A stretch of DNA of 63,979 nucleotides, filler included, from Kipferlia bialata (Eukaryota), in assembly GCA_003568945.1 (NCBI GenBank). It is 4 parts of 4 records of this genome, joined end to end, with 100 filler letters (N's around TTAATTAATTAA, not from the genome) between each part and the next. Parts side by side here need not be neighbours in the genome. Positions count along the whole stretch, not along the records: positions 39,047 to 58,450 come from BDIP01000426.1; 3 more parts are not named here. The stretch is one strand, 5' to 3'. This document shows, one piece after another, positions 40,941 through 54,800 of this stretch (its first letter is position 1; each line of letters starts with the position of its first letter). Under the pieces are notes generated by a model. It was given only the letters and a program-made list of their open reading frames with translations, had not been told where the DNA came from and did not search any database. The translations under genes and the position numbers were made by a program.

Positions 40941-42016
40941 CTACCCCTTTGCACGCTTTGTATGGTACATGTTGAGTACCAGTGCCGGCTTCGCTGCAGA
41001 GAATGACCGGCACCACCCCAGGCCCCCTGTCCTGCCGTGTCCCTGGTGTTTGTCGGGGTGCACACTGCCAGGGGGGGTGGGGGTGGGGCCGTAGGTCTGG
41101 CCAAGGAGGGTACTTTCGGCCACCTCCTCTAGATAGTCCTCAAGATACGCATCCCGCTCAAGCTCTCGGTCTGACTTCGCAAACACACCCTCCTGAGGGT
41201 GGGTATCGGTTTACGGAACATAGAGTATGATACAACACACAGCGCTCTGGGAGAGGCCTCTTTCAAAATACCTTGGCCGTGAGCAGTATCTCTCTGTCCT
41301 GGTCCGATGTGTATCTGGCGAAGGGCATGTCGAAGCAGGCGTCCTTGACTGATGGTTCGGAGGAGAGGGGGGCCGTCCCAGAGGCAGAGTGCAGACACAC
41401 AGGGAAGGTGACCCTGGAGCCAGTGAGGCACGCTGAGGACTCGACCTCCACCCTCACACGGGGAGGGGGGGCAGGGGTGGGGGAGGGGGTGTAGAGGCCC
41501 TGTCTGTGCTGGGAAAGGGCAGACACCACCCACTCGGCATACTCAGTCCACACCTCAGAGTCTGGTGGTGAGGGATAAAGAGAGAGGCAGAGAGAGACAC
41601 ACTTAACACTACAGAGCCCTTTCGCAGGGTAGCACATTGATACCTGGGGACTGTGTTCCATTCAGTATCACCTCCAGGGTGTACACGTGATGCACCTCTG
41701 GTGGTCCATCTACATCCAGGCACACGCTGTACCGTGTTGTGCTGCCCCCCTTGGTGCACATGGACACAGTGTCACTCAGGCAGTCCAGCCACTTGCCAAC
41801 AACCCCAGACAGGTCCAGATACGGAAGGGAGAAGAACAAGCCGCGAGTAGGGGATGGCTTGAGGTTCCTGGCCCCTATAACCCGGCTCACTGTGTCAGAC
41901 ACGAACACAGACACAAGGTGGGCCAACTCTCGCCTCAGGTACGGCTCCACTGACACGTTGAAGTCCGCATAGCTGCTGGGTCTGGTAGGGTCTGGTCCAT
42001 CCCTACGACGCTTCAT
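40941..42016 (-). CDS. 3-exon protein, possible divergent HORMA domain
   Basis: Join 42016-41644, 41561-41272, 41192-40941 is in frame. Pattern VSRVIGARNLKP..GKWLDCLSDTV..RYSVCLDVDGPPEVHHVYTLEV resembles the Hop1/Rev7/Mad2 core. The gene model is solid; the family call is tentative. Confidence 0.5.
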
Positions 42017-42477
42017 ACGGGGTGCTGTGTATTCATAGGCAACTGAAGAGTGAGTGGAAGAGAGTAAGGATGGGACTGAGGTGTTCTGGCTGGGAATCGA
42101 ACGCTGGACATCTAGTGGTTAAGTGGAGTCATAATGGTCATCTTATGGTGTCTTACACATGCCTTCTATATAACCATAGTTCCTCATAAAACTGTAATAT
42201 AGTGTTTCACTAAGCCTGGCAGCCGTAGATCCTCTAAATGGAGCTAGACTGCAAGAACCAGGGAAGACACATAGGGAAGACAAACATACAAAGGGGTTTA
42301 TGAAGCCAAATTGTACATTGCTCTCTCTCTTACTACTTACAAACTTACTTAGCATTCTCCCTCACTAGTACCTGTCACACACTCAGTGTGAGCACTTAAG
42401 TTCATTGGGTCACCTACAACTCCCCCTCCCCCCATCCGTCGCCCCTCTTGGGTTCCAGGAGGGTGTACCATATATAG

Positions 42478-42738
42478 ATGGCGGGCGAGGCTCGCCGCAA
42501 GCAGTTGCAGCTTCGGGTGGTGTCCTGTGATCTCCCGCCCGCTGCTTTCAATGTGGCCCCAGGATCTCAGCTGGTGGTCCGGATATCCTTCCGGAATGCG
42601 GATACAGGGGACCCCCTCCTAAAGAGCAGGTATGTATAGTGTACTTATATATACTCATGGTTATGCCCTCACCACTATGTGCCTAACGCTTCGTTGTCTC
42701 GATTCTAGGTGGTACTCACGATGTCTAGACTACACTAC

Positions 42739-42773
<35 letters not shown>

Positions 42774-44291
42774 CCCGGCCCCCCGCCCCCCCCCCCCCCC
42801 CCCCCCTCTCCCCCCCCCCCCCCCCCCTTCTCTCCCTCTACCTCCTTTTCTCTTTCTTTGCCTCTGTCTCCCTCTCTCCCATCCCCCCTCTCACCCCCCA
42901 GTGGAGTGTTCAGCCAGGAGGATGCAGAGAGGTTGGTGCATCAATATATATATATATATATACATATTAATGTGTGTATGCATATATATATGTGTCTGTG
43001 TCTGTCTCTGTCTAGAATGTTTAGCCAGGAGGATACAGAGAGGTGAGAGCACGTATCTCTTCCTCCCTCTCTCCCTGAGTTTGTGTGTGTGTACTGCAGT
43101 ATATACACATACAATTTCAATAAGCTGTGAGATTAGTAGTATTCGTATGTGAGCCACTCTCTTTCGGGTTCTCCAACTCTTTCTTCTTTTGAATAGACTA
43201 AATATACTAATATAGTATACTGTTCTGGATATATCCATATTCGATCCACTGATACCGGCAGTTTCATTGAGCGACGTATACATAACATATATATTCAACA
43301 AATGACGTCAGATTCATTGAGCGCCGTATCTATGACATGCGGTACAAGGCACCCAGTCTGATACGCAATACGGGGAAGGTAGCACACCTATATATATACA
43401 GATATGCATATTTAGTGTATATATATATAGTATAGACATGCTCTCTCATCGGCACGGGGCAACGTTTTACACCATATATGTGGGTATATATAGATAGAGA
43501 GTGATTTACAGATTGCCATTCATGTCTCAAATACGCACACGGAAGGTAGCACACCTGTGTTGTATTGATGTATAGAATATAGGACATTTTGATAGATGGA
43601 TGGATGTATGTAGATAGGGATTCTAGAGAGATAATTGGCTTCACTGCAGTTAAACAGTCCATATATGTATACATGTATATTCCACATACCACATCATCTC
43701 ACCTTAGGTGCAAGAGGACCCGTCCATCCAAACAGTATATGCGTTTCCTATATATAGTATATAACTACTGAATACAGTATTTACTATAAATACTATAGAA
43801 TACACCTTTTGCTATCATCTTACACCAGGTGCAAGAGGACCCCTCCATCCTAGAGTTCAACACGCACCCACAAGGTATTATTAATAGTAGTCGACTATGC
43901 ATATACTCACACATATGTATATATATATATTTATATGCACATGTATGGCAGTAGTGATACCCCTCTGCTAACCCCAGCTCTGTACACCATAGACCAGCTA
44001 CAGATACATCTACATACATGCATATATATATATATATATATATACCTACATATACACTGATGTCCAGCCCTGTACACCATAGACCAGCTACGGTCCATGG
44101 TTGAACTGATGGAGCAGATGGGGTACGATAGAGGGCAAGTGCTGACACACATAAGGTATTGTATGAATATATATATATATATACATGTATGTATGTGTGT
44201 GTGTGTATGTACAAAAATTGATAGATGGGATATGGCAGGGGACATGCCACTTATATACACGAGTCCTCTGTTGTCTATTGTGATCCATGAG

Positions 44292-44323
<32 letters not shown>

Positions 44324-45397
44324 GAGAGACCGAGAGAGACGCATGTAGTTGACACATATCAGGTACAGTCTTGATTACATTAATATATTTATATATATAT
44401 ATATGCACATATATATATACATTCATGTCTATATAGTGTATACATATATTGTATGTGTTGTGATCCATGAGGAGAGATGCATGGAGTGGAATACGCTACA
44501 CTGACACCAGGCTCTTTGGCTCCTCTCTGCCCTCTGTCAACACCCTCCTCACACTGCTAGACCAGAGCGTAGGTATCACATTGCTATGCCTCTATATATA
44601 TGTATCTATGTTGATATCTATTCGTATACATTATGTCCTCCCTACCCTCTGTCAACACCCTCCTCACCCTGCTAGATCAGAGCGTAGGCATATGTACTAT
44701 ATATATGAACATTCTTTTATACATGTTGTATGTACATATATATTTTGTGTGTTACTATTGCACTGTTGGTCACTCTTCTGTACCGTAGCATAGGTAATGA
44801 TGTGTTTATAGTTCTAGTCTTAGTGTACATTACTACTGGAATCAAACTACGACATATTAGTGTCTCACCCCCAGAGAAGCAGATTGCTCCCATTGACAAC
44901 TCGACCCTCAAGGTGGGTGTAATGCACTTATATGTATGTATATAGTGTTTGTGTCCCTCAAGGTGAGTGTTGTGTACATACATATAACCTAATTCCGTTG
45001 TGTGTCTACTATTCTTCATCAGGTATTAGTATGCATTATTAGTAGTAATGCCAGGACCTCGATCCATCCTTCCCCCCCTTCCGCAAGAGAGGCAAAGGGA
45101 AAGGTGGAGAGAGAGAGAGAAGAGACAGAGAGAAGGGGTCTGCCAGGACTGGGCAGAAAGAGACACACATTGGGTTTGGACCCTCAGAACTGCAGGTGTA
45201 TAGATGTTCCCTCCCATTACTGGAGGTCCATGTATATACTACTTTCTCACTAATATATGCACTCGCTATCATGCACACTATATATACAGGCCGCTGTGCT
45301 GTCCCATGCCTGTGGTACATGGAGGGACACTCTATATACTATACCATATATTCTATATTTACTCACTATACTCTACACATATACCATACACTATATA

Positions 45398-45432
<35 letters not shown>

Positions 45433-48400
45433 AACGCCAGGCTGCTGTGCTGTCCCATGCCTGTGGTACATGGGTAGATGTATACTCCATACTATACTAT
45501 ACATATATACTATGTATACANNNNNNNNNNNNNNNNNNNNNNNNNNNNNNNNNNNNNNNNNNNNNNNNNNNNNNNNNNNNNNNNNNNNNNNTCTATACAC
45601 ACACTCATCCTAGAATGCTGTGCTGTCCCATGCGTGTAGTACATGGATGCACAAAGAGACAGACAAGGGGAAGGGGTGTGAGAGTGGGGTGGTGGTGATG
45701 GCCACGGGGTTAGGTGTGTTTACTATATATGGTTATGTATTCTAATAATACATATAGGTAGATATATACTGTATCTATTGAGAGTTATTAGGGTGGTGGC
45801 TAAGCCTTGCAAGTCTTTCCTCTCCACTCTCTTTACCCTTTGTTACATTGTTGATTCTAGACTACCTCTGGCACTAACTACTGTTACCAACCCATATCCA
45901 AGACTCTCCTGTCTATCCTCCTGGTCCATGTATATATTCTCATTAATATACCCTTCATAGTGTTGTTCTATATGTATAGCGCATTCTATTCCTGAACCGC
46001 AGGCAAGACTGTCCTCTCCATCCTCCTAGACTGATACCTCTTCATATCCGTTTACCCTTTGTTATGTATAATTACTCTGGTTCCAGCTTCTATAACTAAT
46101 CCACCAGGCAAGACCGTCCTCTCCATCCTCCTAGTCCAGAGGCACCTGCACATGTATGGGGCTGGGTATGGGTACTTCCCATCTGCTCCAGTCAGAAGAG
46201 AAGCAACAAAGGCACATGAGACGTCTAAGACGTCTAAGACGTCTAAGGACCTGCAAACAGGTGGAGAGGGGGGGCGGCTACTTGCAGAGAGAGAAAACAA
46301 GTGTCGTTTTGGCAAGGGGGAGAGAGAGAGAGGAGATAGTGCCTGGGAGAGGTCTATCCAGCATGGCTCCAAGCCCCAGTTCTGTGTGCTGTTCCTGGTC
46401 AATGCAGTGTTTATCAGGTACCTATATCTATATGTATATAGATGTGTGTAATTATATATATGTGGAGATACATATTGTGTAATATATATGTGGATATATC
46501 CAAATTGTTTTATATTTTATAATGGTATATATAGACCAAGATGATGTTCCTGGTCAATGCGCTGTTCGTCAGGTACCATGATATGTTTGATATATACTGA
46601 TATATAATACTATATATATGTATATATATTTACATATATATCATCGTGTTGTTCCTGGTCAATGCGGTGTTCATCAGGTTTAGGTGTCAGTATCTATCTC
46701 TATCATACACATATCACTATGTCTAGGCCATTGTATATAGGTCAACATCAGTCTCAGTACAATACCCTAACCCCCTTGGGGTATATATACATATTAGTGT
46801 ATATATGTGTGTGTATGTATGTATATATATATTGTGTGTGTGTATACATATTCCTAACCCCCTAGGGACCAGGTTGCTGCCAAGTTCGAGAGGCACTTTA
46901 GTGAGATGGACCGCCGCCTCACCTACCACACCGTCAGTGGCATGGACTCTAGGTGCATAATATATATATATATATGTGTGTATATATATATACTGTAATA
47001 ATATGTATATATGTATACTAATTAGCTAATATAGTCTGACCTACCACACCGTCAGTGGCATGGACTCTAGGTGATATGTGGATATATATTTACTGTAATA
47101 ATGTATATATATATATATGTATATATGTGAATATAGTCTGACATACCACACCGTCAGTGGCATGGACTCAAGGTGATATGTGGATATCTATGGGCATTTA
47201 TGTACGCAAGAACACTCAACTCTACCCTCGTCTCACTCCAGTGTTCCCTATGCCCCTAACTTTGTCTTCTGTCTCTTTCAGAGCTACTCCAAGCTCCCTG
47301 AGAGTGTACTCAGTTGGGTCACACATGTAGTTGGTGAGTACACTTCCTATTACAATAAAATCCGAGTATATATATACATATTCATGAATATTCTATTGTA
47401 TATATACAGATGCATGAGATAGTGTGACCCTCTAGTGGATGAGCGCCATCACTATGTATATATGTTTGTATATATATATATATGTGTGTATGTGTTTGTA
47501 TATATATACGTAATATATGTATATGTGCCTCTGACCCACAGTGGATGAGTGCCATCACTATGTACCCTTGATCTAGCCTTTATGTCTATATATCTGTCCA
47601 TTAATAGCCACCAATCTATCTCACCCCAGTGGATGAGTGCCACCACTGTGTGGCCCCATCGTACAGACCCATCATAGAGGGGCTAAGGAAGAGGTATGCA
47701 TGTACTGATATTGTATATATATACAATGCATAAGTACATAAGTATACATATACATGTAATTAGGTGGCCCCATCGTACAGACCCATCATAGAGGGATTGA
47801 GGAAGAGGTGTGTCTGGATGCATGTGTGCACCCATAAGTATATAGATATGTTGCGAAGAGGTATACTCAATTGATATTGTATTGTATATGTGTAAATATG
47901 TAATTAGGTGGCCCCATCATACAGACCCATCATAGAGGGACTCAGGAAGAGGTGTGTATTCATATGAATACTTGTATATTATATATGAATACTTGTATAT
48001 TTCCGAAATAGAGTAAACTAACACATACACCCATATAGTTACATCCTGACTCTCCAGACCCCGTGTGTCCTTCATGTTAGGTTGCACTGCCACTCTGCTA
48101 CACGCCAGAGACGCTAGGGGGAGTAGGTACATTACAGTGTATAGACAGTAAGTGGATTGCTACATATATCTGCAGTATATATATACTGTAACTGCACGCC
48201 AGAGATGCCATGGGGAGTAGGTGCAGTATATGTATTGGTATATACATACTTATATACTATGTATTGCTCTATATGAATAAATATACGGTATATTTACGTA
48301 TAAGGTAACTTCTTGCCAGAGACACTTGCGGTAATAGGTGCAGTATAATGTATATATATATATATAGGTGCAATGTGTGATTCATACAGTATATGTTCAA

Positions 48401-49973
48401 GTGTCATTGTCTCACATTCAGGACGATTGAGTTGTTTGACAACACCCTCTATGTGAACCTGCCATTTGCATATGCCAAGAGACTAGGTCAGTTATTTGCT
48501 TTCAATATTTTATAGCTATTGTACTCAATATATAATGCATAAACCCCATATAGCTTACCCCAGGCCTGTTCCCCCCCACTGTCATGTTACCCCATTACAT
48601 ATTAATGTATATATATACATGTAAATGTATATACCATACCCACCCCAGGCCTCTTCCCCCCCACCGTGTACCTTGAGTTGTTGGACAAGAGACATCCTGC
48701 TAGTGCTATACAGAGTGACAGTCCAGCTGGATCATTAGGTACACTTCATATATATATTAATATCCTGTATATTCACATATATTCCTTGAGTTGTTGGACA
48801 AGAGGCATCCTGCTGGTTCTATATCAGCAAGTCCCACACATGGTGACAGTCCAGCTGGTACATTTGGTACATACCACACTCATATACTTTTCTATATCTA
48901 TTTAGACTTTTTATATGGTTCTTATCCGAGTGAGACTGTACATGATTACACTTGTCACATAATCTATGTGGTATCTGTATCTTTCAGTATCAACGTGTAT
49001 GTATATGTATTTACATATTTATGTATATATTACCTTACCATAGTACCTCTGTCCTACGCTGCCCTTCTAGACCAGTACCTACACACGACAGAGGAGAGAG
49101 AGAGGGAGAGGGAGAGGAAGAAGGAGAGTGTTCTAACTAGACACAAAGAGAGATTGAGGACAAGATCAGTGACTGCTGCACCCTTTAGTTCTGACAAGGA
49201 GAAGGGGGAGAGAGAGAGAGAGGGAGAGGGAGGGTCAGAGAAGGTTCCACCATGTCCTACTACTATAGACCCCAGTCTAGATATCCTAGATATGGATGTG
49301 GAAGTGGATACAGGTGTGAGTGTGGATGTGAGTGTGGATACCGGTGTGACACAACAGCAGAACGGGACAATGTCAGATGGTAGACCTGGCTCTAGGCACT
49401 CTAGGACTAAGAGGAAGACTATGCCGAATACTGGTTGTGATTCTGAATCTACGACTAAGACTACTGGGGGTACTTCGGGTAGTGCACCAACCACTGGAGA
49501 TGTAGAGGAAGGGGGAGAGAGAGCGGTAGGGGGAGAGAGAGAGAAGGCACCTGAGGTTCCACCCAACAAGAGAATGCAAGGTAGGATGAATGATTAATGA
49601 TTAATTATTAATGATTCTTCATTGTCCCGCTGGACATGTCGCTCAACGCTTGCCATTGTGTGTTATACAAATGATGATGATGATGATGTCTACCATTATA
49701 GCATTTGAATATGCAGCTTATTCTCTAGAATAGGTACCAAGTACCCCTACCTCAGTATATTCATGTATTCATTATACATTGAATCCATTATCTATTGTTA
49801 TGCACGTTACCCCCTAGGCCTGCAGACCATGCCCCAGTGCCAGTACCTCATATACTCATATATATATATTATTGCATTGATACTTCTAGTATTGTTTATA
49901 GTGTTAGGCCTAATACTACACCTTACCCTCTATGCCTCCAGACCATGCCCCGGTGTGAGTGGTATATATATTC

Positions 49974-50021
<48 letters not shown>

Positions 50022-52548
50022 CTATATATATACATATACCTCACCCCCTAGGCCTCCAGACCTTGCCCCAGTGCGAGTGGTTTGTGCATCCATATACTCA
50101 TGTGTATATATATATATATATAAGCATATATATACATACACCTCACCCCCTAGGCCTCCAGACCATGCCCCAGTGTGAGTGGTTTGTGCATCCATATATT
50201 CATGTATATATATATATATATATAAGCATATATATACATACACCTCAGCCCCCAGGCCTCCAGACCATAATAATAGTGTAATTAGTATGGTTTATTGGAT
50301 CTAACAGCCCAGGCCTCCAGACCATGCCCCAGTGCGAGTGGTTTGTGCATGACCTAGACACACACTACAGACAGGCCAGGGGAGGGGGGGTGCAGGTCAC
50401 ACCAGACCTTGTTTCTGAGGTATCCTACTGTATGTAACATACATAGACTATGCATGTGTCTAACTGTATATATGTATCTGACTACGTGTGTCTGGCTGTT
50501 AATACCTAGTCTAACTACAATGTAATTGTACTATAATGCCTAATGTTGCATCGGCAGGTACCCTCATCCTTACATCGACAGGCCCTGGTAGCCTTACTCG
50601 ACCACCCTGACTATATGTATCTAAATACAATACTACTATCTACATCAGCGATTAACCATGTACTAAATTCATCTAATATATCTATATCGTCTAAATTTTC
50701 TAATATATAAATACAATATATATATATATAGTATAAAGTATATCTAATACTATAAACCCCTAGAATCTAAGCCTTACTTTGACAGGCCCTAGTTGCCTTA
50801 CTCGACCACTCTCGACCATTTTTATCTTGCTATATGCATCTAAATACAATAGAGTCTATACTACTATCTGCGTCAGAAGGTACCCTAATAATATAATATG
50901 TATCATACTATATATAGTACTTACATTGACAGGCCCTGGTTGCCCTCCTCGACCACTCTGAGAGTGTTGTGCACTACACCCTCAAGCGTGTCATGGTGTT
51001 TGTGTCATCAGTGGCCATGGTGGATAGTGTGGTTACAGCCATTAATGCACACCCCAGGTTCAATGGGGAAAGGGTAGAGCGAGTATCAGGTGGGTAAGTA
51101 TATGGAATATGTAGATAGACACGATATATAGTGGATATTGTCTGTGTGTATATATAGTGTGGTCACAGCCATAAACACACACCCGAGGTTCAATGGGGAG
51201 AGAGTGTCAGGTGGGTATAGTGTATATACAATATAGATACATAGTGTAAATTCTATACATATGTACTAATAACTCTAACCGCCAGCTGTGGATACCCTTG
51301 CTGTCCCTCTCCCAGACACACAGGGTGGGGAGACAGGGCCTACAGGGGATATTGCCCATAATGCCCCTAGCCGTGGGCCCCGTTCTGTGTTCTTCAGGAC
51401 TCAGACACAGGGTATGTAACTGTATGTATGTTTATGTATATGTATTAGCTAATGTATATATATATATATATATATAGTATATTCATAGACAGTCTGTCTG
51501 TGTTCTTCAGGACTCAGACACAAGGTGCTTAACTGTATATACAAGTATATATGTATGTATACAAGTACACATAATCAGAGTTTTACATGTCTCGGACACT
51601 CTCACCCATTCATGGACAGTTTCTCCTCTCTCTCTCTCTCCTATCCTAAGAGTCAGCAGGTCTTGGACACAGTGTATGTAACTGTATATATATATGTGTA
51701 TAGTCAGTATATCCGCAGACAGTGCTCTTTCTCCTATCCTATCATCAGCACTCAGACACAAGGTATACCGACAGAGTAATGAGTGATAGCTGGTATTGCC
51801 ATTGTCTCAGACAACCCACTCTCTGACTCTCTCTTCCAAGTTCCTTTCCACTTCTTTCTCCTCTGGTTCCCATATATATATCTCTTCTCTCTCCGCCTCC
51901 CACACCCAGATGTGCCCCACCTGTCTGAGGCCTCCAGTCCATCCAGACACAGGGCAGTCAGGGCACCCACAGGTACTCAGTGGACGATTCACGACATACG
52001 TATGTGTTTGGTCATGTATATTTATGATATCCACGTAGGTATTACCTCTATACACAAGGCAGTCAGGGCACCCACAGGTATATCTATTTGTATCATAAGT
52101 AGTAGCATCTTGTATGGAGATAGTATATATATATGGATATAGTATGGATACAGAGTCTGTATTACTGATTAGACATTGACACTGACTGAGTCATACTATT
52201 CAGATATATGTATTTATGGATGTATATAGAATGTACATATTCCTGTTGGATATACCTGTATAATGGTATTTTATGCACCCTGACCCCAGCCTATGGGGCC
52301 CACTACCGACTGAGCCCCATGGACATCAAGCACCACATGGGGGTGTTCACAAGTGATAGAGAGGTATGTGTGTATTGATGGAACTAATGGGGGTAAAGTG
52401 GTGATGTATTCCTCCAGCTGTCTAACCTCTCTGGTTGCTCTCATCACTATTTCTATATGGACGTTCACCGCCTCACTGTCAGCGTCTCACCGTCTTGGTG
52501 TCTGTGGCCATGGGCATGGAGGGGTTCGATCTACCTAGGTGCGTCAGT

Positions 52549-52588
<40 letters not shown>

Positions 52589-52898
52589 TATTATCTAGAT
52601 ACATACCCTCCCTTCAGTGGACGGTGTCATCCTGGACAGACCCATGTCTTGTTGTATACATATGTAAATATGTATTTCTTGATAGTTGTCTATATATATA
52701 TATATATATATATATCGTGTTCCTCATTGTATTCAGTGCTATCTCTCCCTTAGTGTGGTGGATGTTACATGTGGTGTATACTACATGTGAAGTACATACT
52801 CACCCTACAGTGTGGACGGTGTCATTCTGGCCAGAAAGAGTGACAGTGAGAGGGTGACGGTGCAGCAGATGGGACGGTGAGTATCCATTATATATTGT

Positions 52899-52935
<37 letters not shown>

Positions 52936-53557
52936 TTATATAGGTATAGTACATGTGTAACTATGGACATTGTGTGTAGTGAGAGGGTGACTGTGCAGCA
53001 GATGGGACGGTGAGTATCCATTCTATATTGCTATATCAATATATATATATGTGTGTGTGGGTATATAGAGATATCTCTTACTATGGACCATGTGTGTAGT
53101 GAGAGGGTGACTGTGCAGCAGATGGGGCGGTGGGTAGACAATGATTATGGATAGTATGAATTCAGTTGTTGTTTTAGTTCTTTGTGTATAAGTACAATGG
53201 GTCTATGGCGCCGCGTTTGTTCAACATTTCCAGTATTGTAGTTCCCTAACCTTAGAATTACGAGTCATATCGATCGAATGCCTCTTCCCCTCATACCTAT
53301 CTTACCCCCAGTTGTCTCAGGAAGGACCCTGCCAGAAACAAGACTGCAGTCATCCTAGGTTGGTGACTGACTCTCTCTCTTCCTGCATATATATCCTGCA
53401 TATATCCTTTGTGACAACACCCTTTACGTCCCTTACTACATAGAATTCCCTCGTGTCACATTTTGTACTCTGCGTCAGCCTGTCTCCTACATTCATATCA
53501 CTCCAGTTACACCAGATACCTCTCAGATCTTTTCATTTTTCATTTTCTATCTCCCCT

Positions 53558-53595
<38 letters not shown>

Positions 53596-54040
53596 CCTCT
53601 CTCCCTCTTCCTCTACCTTCAGATGTCGTTGGCTCTCTCAGGCGCAGGTGGCGGCGTCTCCTCAGTGAGGCATCTGTAGGTTGGTGGACTATTATACCCA
53701 AGTTGTTATGTGTCCACTATCTTATCCACTATACTATTATACTATATATATATATACTATACTAATGTATATATATATAGGCGTCTCCTGAGTGAGGCCT
53801 CTGTAGGTTGGTGGCTGCTTATGCACATGTTGTTCTGTGTCCACTTTCTTATCCATTATACTGTTATGATGTTATACTATACTATACTACTGTATGTATC
53901 AATCTTGTCTCAGAGGGTTGTGATACGCCCACAATCTTAACCTATATATGGTGTAGTACCTTCAATTCTATCTTATCCCAGAGGGTTTCAGGGAGAGTGT
54001 CACTGAGTTCTGGCCTGTCTCAGAACTGGTGTTGGAGTGA
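42478..54040 (+). CDS. Superfamily-2 DExH helicase of the ResIII/Irc3/RadD type with N-terminal extension, about 25 exons
   Basis: Motif I VVMATGL|GKT (45690-46115), Ia VLFLV, II VDECHH (47630-), III LGCTAT, IV VMVFVSSV, V EGFDLP|SVD, VI QQMGR|CLR, then AVIL|DVVG; stop TGA 54038-54040. Confidence 0.88.
42741..42827 (+). repeat. Near-pure poly(C) tract (~87 nt) in intron 1 of the helicase gene
   Basis: Directly visible; poly(G) on the template strand. Confidence 0.9.
45521..45591. other. Within-scaffold assembly gap (71 N) inside an echo-repeat intron
   Basis: N run without a stop cassette, flanked by copies of gctgtgctgtcccatgc. Confidence 0.95.
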
Positions 54041-54800
54041 CCATCACTCTTTGACAACACTACTAAAATACTAGCAGAGATAGCACCTCTACCAAAATAC
54101 ATGGGTCTGTCTCAGAACTGGTGTTGCAGTGAGACATACTGTGAGAGAGTGTGAGAGAGAGAGTGAGGCAGACTGTGAGACAGACTGTCTGGCAGTATCT
54201 ATGTCAGAAAGTGCCTTCGACTCAGACTCTGAGAGCATCCAATATGTGGGCATGTATGGATCTATACAGTGATCAGTGTACTCTTCACATTGACTGAGTT
54301 CTAGTATGTCACTCAAGAGAAATAGACCAAGACATTTATTGTTTGAATGAATATCTCGACATGGTGCGACTCACACCTTGGTAATCTCGGCATACTCAGT
54401 ATAGGATGGGTGCTCTATCAGTTACCCGCTGAACACATACAATCTCTGCCCCACATAATGGTCATCTTTGCCTTACATGCAAGTGTTAATGAGTATCTAC
54501 AGGAGTTAGGAGTGGTATCGTTCCGCTTAAGTCACGCTATGTGGGGGTTAAGGTATACGGAGAAAGTTGGTCACGTTCTGAAAGAATGGTCACGTACTGG
54601 AGTCTTGATCATTGGGGACAAGTACATGTCAGTATCTCTGCTGGGCCCAGAGTATCACATATCCTGCATCATGCAGTACATACCATGGCCACCATAACTT
54701 GATCAGTCAACACTTGCACTGAGGGGGATCTATTCTATTGGAAAACAAAGCATACAAATAATGGCCATTCTTATATATATATATATATCATATATATACA

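Noticed and set aside
42632..43152. Poly-proline ORFs
   Set aside because: They derive from the intronic poly(C) tract.
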